Positions 59,835-64,000 of a DNA stretch of 64,000 nt are shown here, in pieces (the stretch's first letter is position 1; every line of letters starts with the position of its first letter). The stretch is from Pedobacter sp. (GTDB lineage Bacteria > Desulfobacterota > Desulfuromonadia > Desulfuromonadales > Syntrophotaleaceae), in contig JBFWJC010000001.1 of the NCBI GenBank assembly GCA_050253415.1, positions 1,480,679 through 1,544,678 on the forward strand, in the 5' to 3' direction. The translations under genes were made by a program, and so were the position numbers. The notes under the pieces are model-generated. The model was not told the DNA's origin. It ran no database searches and saw only the letters and a program-made list of their open reading frames with translations.

Positions 59835-60089
59835 GGGGCCAAACCTTTCATTGTCATGGGCGGGTATGCCGAATCCTGACGGTTACGGATATTCGGCAGG
59901 CTCATCCCTGGAAACGCACGATTAATAATGATGAGGGCAAACAATCCGCCTTCATCTGTTACGGGGTATGCGTTCTGTCATGATACTGACATTCCGAACG
60001 CTCCCCCTTGTGTGAGAGTTGACAGGTCACCGTCGATGTGACAACCAACGAAATCTGTCCAAAGCAAATCACAAAGGATGGCAAAACCA

Positions 60090-60389
60090 TTAAATCTGCA
60101 TGCGCATTACTTCCTGATAGGCCTCAAGAACCTTGTTTCGCATCTGTACCATCAGGCGCATGGAAATACCGGCTTTTTCCATGGAGATCATGACTTCGTG
60201 GATATTACGGGACTCGCCGGTCTGCAACTTTTCGATGGCCTGGTCGGCCTGAATCTGCGTCTTGTTGACGGCCTCGATGGCTCCGGAAAGCATGTCGCCA
60301 AAAGAAGAGCCGCTTTTCTGAGTTTGCGTTCCTGCGTCGGTTTTGGCTACCGCCGCTACGGTCTGGGGAATCGCACCGATGTTTTTCAT
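60090..60389 (-). CDS. fliE: Hook-basal body protein FliE
   Basis: IHEVMISMEKA...RNKVLEAYQEVMRMQI. Confidence 0.96.
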   Translation of the reverse strand: MKNIGAIPQTVAAVAKTDAGTQTQKSGSSFGDMLSGAIEAVNKTQIQADQAIEKLQTGESRNIHEVMISMEKAGISMRLMVQMRNKVLEAYQEVMRMQI

Positions 60390-60397
60390 AAGTCTCC

Positions 60398-60829
60398 TCA
60401 GCGGCCTATTTCAAGGGCCTTGGTAGCCATGCGTTGGGCGGACTTGATGGCAGTAATGTTGGCTTCATAGTTGCGCATGGCCGTCATCATATCGACGACC
60501 TCTTCCTCGACGTTGACATTCGGCAGCGTCAGCATGCCGTTTTCATCGGCATCGGGGTGACCTGGCTGATAGATAGTCTGAAAGCTCCGTGAGTTGGGTT
60601 TTATCTGGGCTACCTCCACTCCTTGCACATTTCTGTCCATCGCTTGCTGAAGCTGGTCATCAAAGATGTTCTGGCTCGACTGAAACACCACGTCGCGTTT
60701 GCGGTAAGGACCACCTTCGGGGGTGCGGGTGGTGCCGACGTTGGCAAGGTTGGCGCTTATAACGTTAAGTCGGGTGCGCTGGGCCGAAAGAGCCGATGCA
60801 CTTACCTGCATTGCGGTAAAAATATCCAT
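60398..60829 (-). CDS. flgC: Basal-body rod protein FlgC
   Basis: SALSAQRTRLNVISANLAN, GPYRKR, PGHPDAD, PNVN, RNYEAN. Confidence 0.97.
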   Translation of the reverse strand: MDIFTAMQVSASALSAQRTRLNVISANLANVGTTRTPEGGPYRKRDVVFQSSQNIFDDQLQQAMDRNVQGVEVAQIKPNSRSFQTIYQPGHPDADENGMLTLPNVNVEEEVVDMMTAMRNYEANITAIKSAQRMATKALEIGR

Positions 60830-60841
60830 GAAAACTCTCCT

Positions 60842-61255
60842 TTATCGACCGTCTTGACAAACGTATTTGAGGGTAGCCAGTTTTTTGGTGATAATTTGCG
60901 CGGCGGATTCGTAGAGCAGTTGGTTTTCGCTTTGAGCGATCAGTTGTTGATCGAGATCCACGCCGTTGCCATCGGTGCTGACGCCCTGATCGGGGCGGCG
61001 CACCGTTTGACCGGTCAACGTATCAATACCGGCTGCAGTGATCGGAATATGTCGAGGGTGCATGGGCGTCTGGGGTTGCTGTTTGCTCTCAAGCGCTTTC
61101 GCCAGATCCTCTTCAAAAGACAATCTGGACGGGATATAGCCAGGTGTTTCAGCATTGGCGATGTTGGAGGCGATCAATTCCTGCTTGCGTTGCCGCAGGT
61201 CAAGAACCTTGCCCAGCATACCTATGGTGCGATCGAAAATTTTCATTTCGGACAT
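60842..61255 (-). CDS. flgB: Basal-body rod protein FlgB
   Basis: RQELIASNIANAETPGY-like motif, DGNGVDLD; ATG 61255 behind GAGG. Confidence 0.95.
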   Translation of the reverse strand: MSEMKIFDRTIGMLGKVLDLRQRKQELIASNIANAETPGYIPSRLSFEEDLAKALESKQQPQTPMHPRHIPITAAGIDTLTGQTVRRPDQGVSTDGNGVDLDQQLIAQSENQLLYESAAQIITKKLATLKYVCQDGR

Positions 61256-61276
61256 GAGTTGCACCTCTCAAGATGA

Positions 61277-63655
61277 TCAGTTCATGTTGTTGGCATCGAT
61301 GGCGTCTTTAGCCAATCGACCCCAAAAAGAAGCTGGTCTATTTTCGGCAAGTTGACCAAAAAGCTTAAGGGCCGAGGGGGTATCCCCGGCTTTAAGCTTT
61401 ATCTGGCCACAACGATACTTTGCCTGGTCGGCGTATTCTGTCTGTTGCTGCAATTGCTCATAAAGGCTAAGCGCTTCGGTGAAGCGGGTGGAGCGGAAGA
61501 GCGCTTCGGCTCTGAGAAACAGCCCCTCGTGGGTACTGTTTAGACCTTTTGGTTGGTCGATAATCTCTTTGATTTCTTCACGTTTCCAATGAATGCGGGC
61601 ACTTTGGAGCTCTATGCCGTCGCTTTGGGGATGTTTTGGTTGTTTGATCAGTTTTACGGCTTCGTCCAGGCGATTGGATTTTTCCAGAGCTGCCAATTGC
61701 AATTCGAAAAGTTTCTCCCTGTCCGATCCCGTGGGGTACTTATCCAGATAACGCTGCGCAAAAGAGGCGGCCATGGCGTACTGAGCCCGGTCATGCAACA
61801 GTTGGGTCAGCGGCAGATAATACGGTTTGTCCTGCTGCCGTTTGGCGCCGCGGTCGATAAGGAAAAAGTAGCTTTTACAAGCCTTTTCCCATAATCCAAG
61901 GCGCGTATAGGCTTCAGCCAGATCGGGAAGAAATGGCCAGGCCAGATTGCCGTTGATCAGCAGTTCGCGATTTTGTTCGACCATGACCACAGCTTTCATG
62001 TCGTGCCCGTTATGGATCAGCCTCAGGATAAGCGGTGGCAGTAATTCGGACAAAAGGGCCCGAGCTTCGTTCAGCAACGGTCCGTGAGAAAAATTATTCA
62101 GAAAAATCTGCAGCAGATCGGCAGCACGTTCCTGTCGCTGGTGAAGGTAAAACGCCAGGGCCTGCTTAAAAGCCGCTTCTTCACGCAGGCCGCGTATAGG
62201 AGCTTGTTGGGCGATCGTACCGTAGTCACGGGCGATTTGTATAAAAGCCGTGGCTCCCGATTTTTGAAAACGGTGATCGAGAAGTGCCAGCCAGGCCCGA
62301 TATCCAGGCTCCGTACCTTCGTAGTTGTCACGAAGTTGTTCGAGAGTTACCAGGGCGGTTTTGAGGTCATTGTCAAGATATGCGGCCCTGGCCGCATAAA
62401 ACAGGGCGTTTCCATGATCTACCGGGTTATGCAGATCAGATGCCAGGCTCCGAAAATACTGCTCTGCTTGCCGGTAATGGCCTGTTTTGAGATAAGTCAA
62501 TGCCGCATGGTAGCGAATTTCGGGGAACTTCGCGTACGTGTCGGTGCGGTTGAACAAATGCCCGAAGGTGCGACCGGCTTCTGCCGTTTTGCCGATGAGG
62601 ATCAAAGCTTCGGCTCGTCGCCACTGTACGGGGCGTTGCAGGTTTGTCGGCCAATTTTGAACAGGTTCCTTCAGAATTTCATAAGCTTGGGCATATCTGC
62701 CGATGGCCAGTAACAATTCGGCGTCAAGCAGGCGAGCGAAGGGGGTCATGGCGGCTGACGCCGCCTGTTTATCCAGTAGGGGTAAAAGCGATGCCCGCGC
62801 CTGATAGGGGTGGCCACAGATGGCCTCCGACAAAGCGCGAAGATAGGCGGCCCTGCTTGCCAGAGGGCTACCATTAAGGGCAGAACGCTGTTGATCCAGA
62901 ACATCGAGGACACGGTCCGGGTGTCCTGTACGTAACAGCGCTTCTGCGTGCAGTATCGTTGTTATATCGGATACCCCGGTTGGGGGAGTCTTTTTGATTG
63001 TCTCCAGCAGGGCTTGCCATTGACCGGCATTTGCCAACTGCATCAAGGGTTGACCGGGCCGATCTTCTTTTTTGATCGTCCAGGAAGGTAGCACCGGGAC
63101 GGCATGGCGTATCGGAACCGGAATGTCGAGGGGGGTGTGGAAGGTCTTAAAAAAATCCTGCCAGCGGCCTGTATATGACGAAGTTATTTGAGGCGTCGCT
63201 ATGTTTTTCAGGGTGGCATGCGCCGTCGGCATGCCGCTGAGTTGAAATGCAACGGCAGGGCGATTGGCGCCGCTGGTTGCCCAATTTATATCTAGGGTGA
63301 CTTGCCTGGTTGCGGGGTTTTTTATCGTGGCGACCCGGGATGGTATTTTATGCAGAAGAATGGAAACCAGTAGCTCTTTAGGTTTACGGGCGAAAAGAAC
63401 TCTAACGATCTTGTCGTCTTCCGGCAGAACCTTCAGAGACGGGGCCACGTCAGTGTTGCTAAGCAGAAGGTCGATACGCTGCCCCGACGTTTCGAGCTTA
63501 AATTCCGGCACATCGGAAAAATCAAATACAATCCGGGAGATATCAAACACATCGACCTTGGCAAGATTCTGCAATAAGTATTTGTCGGACGCGTGGACGG
63601 GTAGCGCCATACCGAAAAATAGCAGAATGAGGAATGCCGATCGAAACTTGATCAT
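61277..63655 (-). CDS. Exported TPR-repeat protein with a probable beta-rich N-terminal domain; first gene of the flagellar operon
   Basis: Signal peptide (VHA-S), SRIVFDF, many TPR-like helices, C-terminal FWGRLA. Confidence 0.8.
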   Translation of the reverse strand: MIKFRSAFLILLFFGMALPVHASDKYLLQNLAKVDVFDISRIVFDFSDVPEFKLETSGQRIDLLLSNTDVAPSLKVLPEDDKIVRVLFARKPKELLVSILLHKIPSRVATIKNPATRQVTLDINWATSGANRPAVAFQLSGMPTAHATLKNIATPQITSSYTGRWQDFFKTFHTPLDIPVPIRHAVPVLPSWTIKKEDRPGQPLMQLANAGQWQALLETIKKTPPTGVSDITTILHAEALLRTGHPDRVLDVLDQQRSALNGSPLASRAAYLRALSEAICGHPYQARASLLPLLDKQAASAAMTPFARLLDAELLLAIGRYAQAYEILKEPVQNWPTNLQRPVQWRRAEALILIGKTAEAGRTFGHLFNRTDTYAKFPEIRYHAALTYLKTGHYRQAEQYFRSLASDLHNPVDHGNALFYAARAAYLDNDLKTALVTLEQLRDNYEGTEPGYRAWLALLDHRFQKSGATAFIQIARDYGTIAQQAPIRGLREEAAFKQALAFYLHQRQERAADLLQIFLNNFSHGPLLNEARALLSELLPPLILRLIHNGHDMKAVVMVEQNRELLINGNLAWPFLPDLAEAYTRLGLWEKACKSYFFLIDRGAKRQQDKPYYLPLTQLLHDRAQYAMAASFAQRYLDKYPTGSDREKLFELQLAALEKSNRLDEAVKLIKQPKHPQSDGIELQSARIHWKREEIKEIIDQPKGLNSTHEGLFLRAEALFRSTRFTEALSLYEQLQQQTEYADQAKYRCGQIKLKAGDTPSALKLFGQLAENRPASFWGRLAKDAIDANNMN

Positions 63656-63719
63656 AAGTCACAAAAATTTCTTGAAAGAAAAGGGTGAAAGTATCTGTTT
63701 TTCCATGTTTGAAGTGCAA

Positions 63720-63737
63720 TTGCTATTATTGTGCCAA
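63720..63737 (-). promoter_or_regulatory. sigma54 promoter motif for the TPR-flgB operon
   Basis: Minus strand TTGGCACAATAATAGCAA = GG-N10-GC, about 65 nt upstream of the start. Confidence 0.8.
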
Positions 63738-64000
63738 GCATTAACGTGTCGAAATATAACGATTATTTTAATGTTGGATGGGGGAATATATCGGCAGGGA
63801 GGGTTGTGGCCAAGGTTTTGACAGGCGAAAGGTTTATTTGAGGCTCTATGAGGTGTGGCGGCAGACCGTGTGGGGTGCAACAGATATGGGGCGGGCCACG
63901 CTTTGAATTGTTTTATCCTGATATATGGGTATTCAATCCCTCTGATGCAGCGGCGTATAAGGGCGGATTATTAATTGTCACATAAAGTCGTTGAATGTGG

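Overview
Essentially all supported genes are on the minus strand and form two blocks. (1) ~28.7-63.7 kb is a near-complete flagellar cluster: TPR protein, flgBC, fliEFGHIJ, motE-like, fliK, flgD, TIGR02530-like, flgE, motAB, fliLMNOPQR, flhBAFG, fliA, a membrane HTH protein, flgFGAHIJMNKL, csrA and fliW. Flagellin, fliD and fliS are not in the window. (2) ~1-28.4 kb is a large, mosaic, probable flagellin-glycosylation island. It encodes a Maf-type/TPR protein, a variant pseudaminic-acid pathway (pseB, pseC, short NeuB-type synthase, SDR, aldo-keto reductase, SpsF-type cytidylyltransferase, pseG; no pseH seen) and a CDP-3,6-dideoxyhexose pathway (rfbFGH, rfbC-like, reductase). It also carries four radical SAM enzymes (two cobalamin-binding), two methyltransferases, two glycosyltransferases and a ThDP enzyme-SDR-ATP-grasp unit that runs off the window edge. 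Gene content and order suggest a Desulfuromonadales-like deltaproteobacterium (inference). Notable non-coding signals are four sigma54 and three sigma28 promoter motifs (one sigma54 spacer is a T9 tract), a G9 tract in pseB, and a compound heptamer tandem repeat that pairs much better on the mRNA strand, with related heptamer palindromes at other gene junctions. There is also a two-hairpin element between the TIGR02530-like gene and flgE, a GGA-loop hairpin in the csrA leader and a structured fliE-fliF spacer. All calls come from manual motif recognition; no database searches were run.
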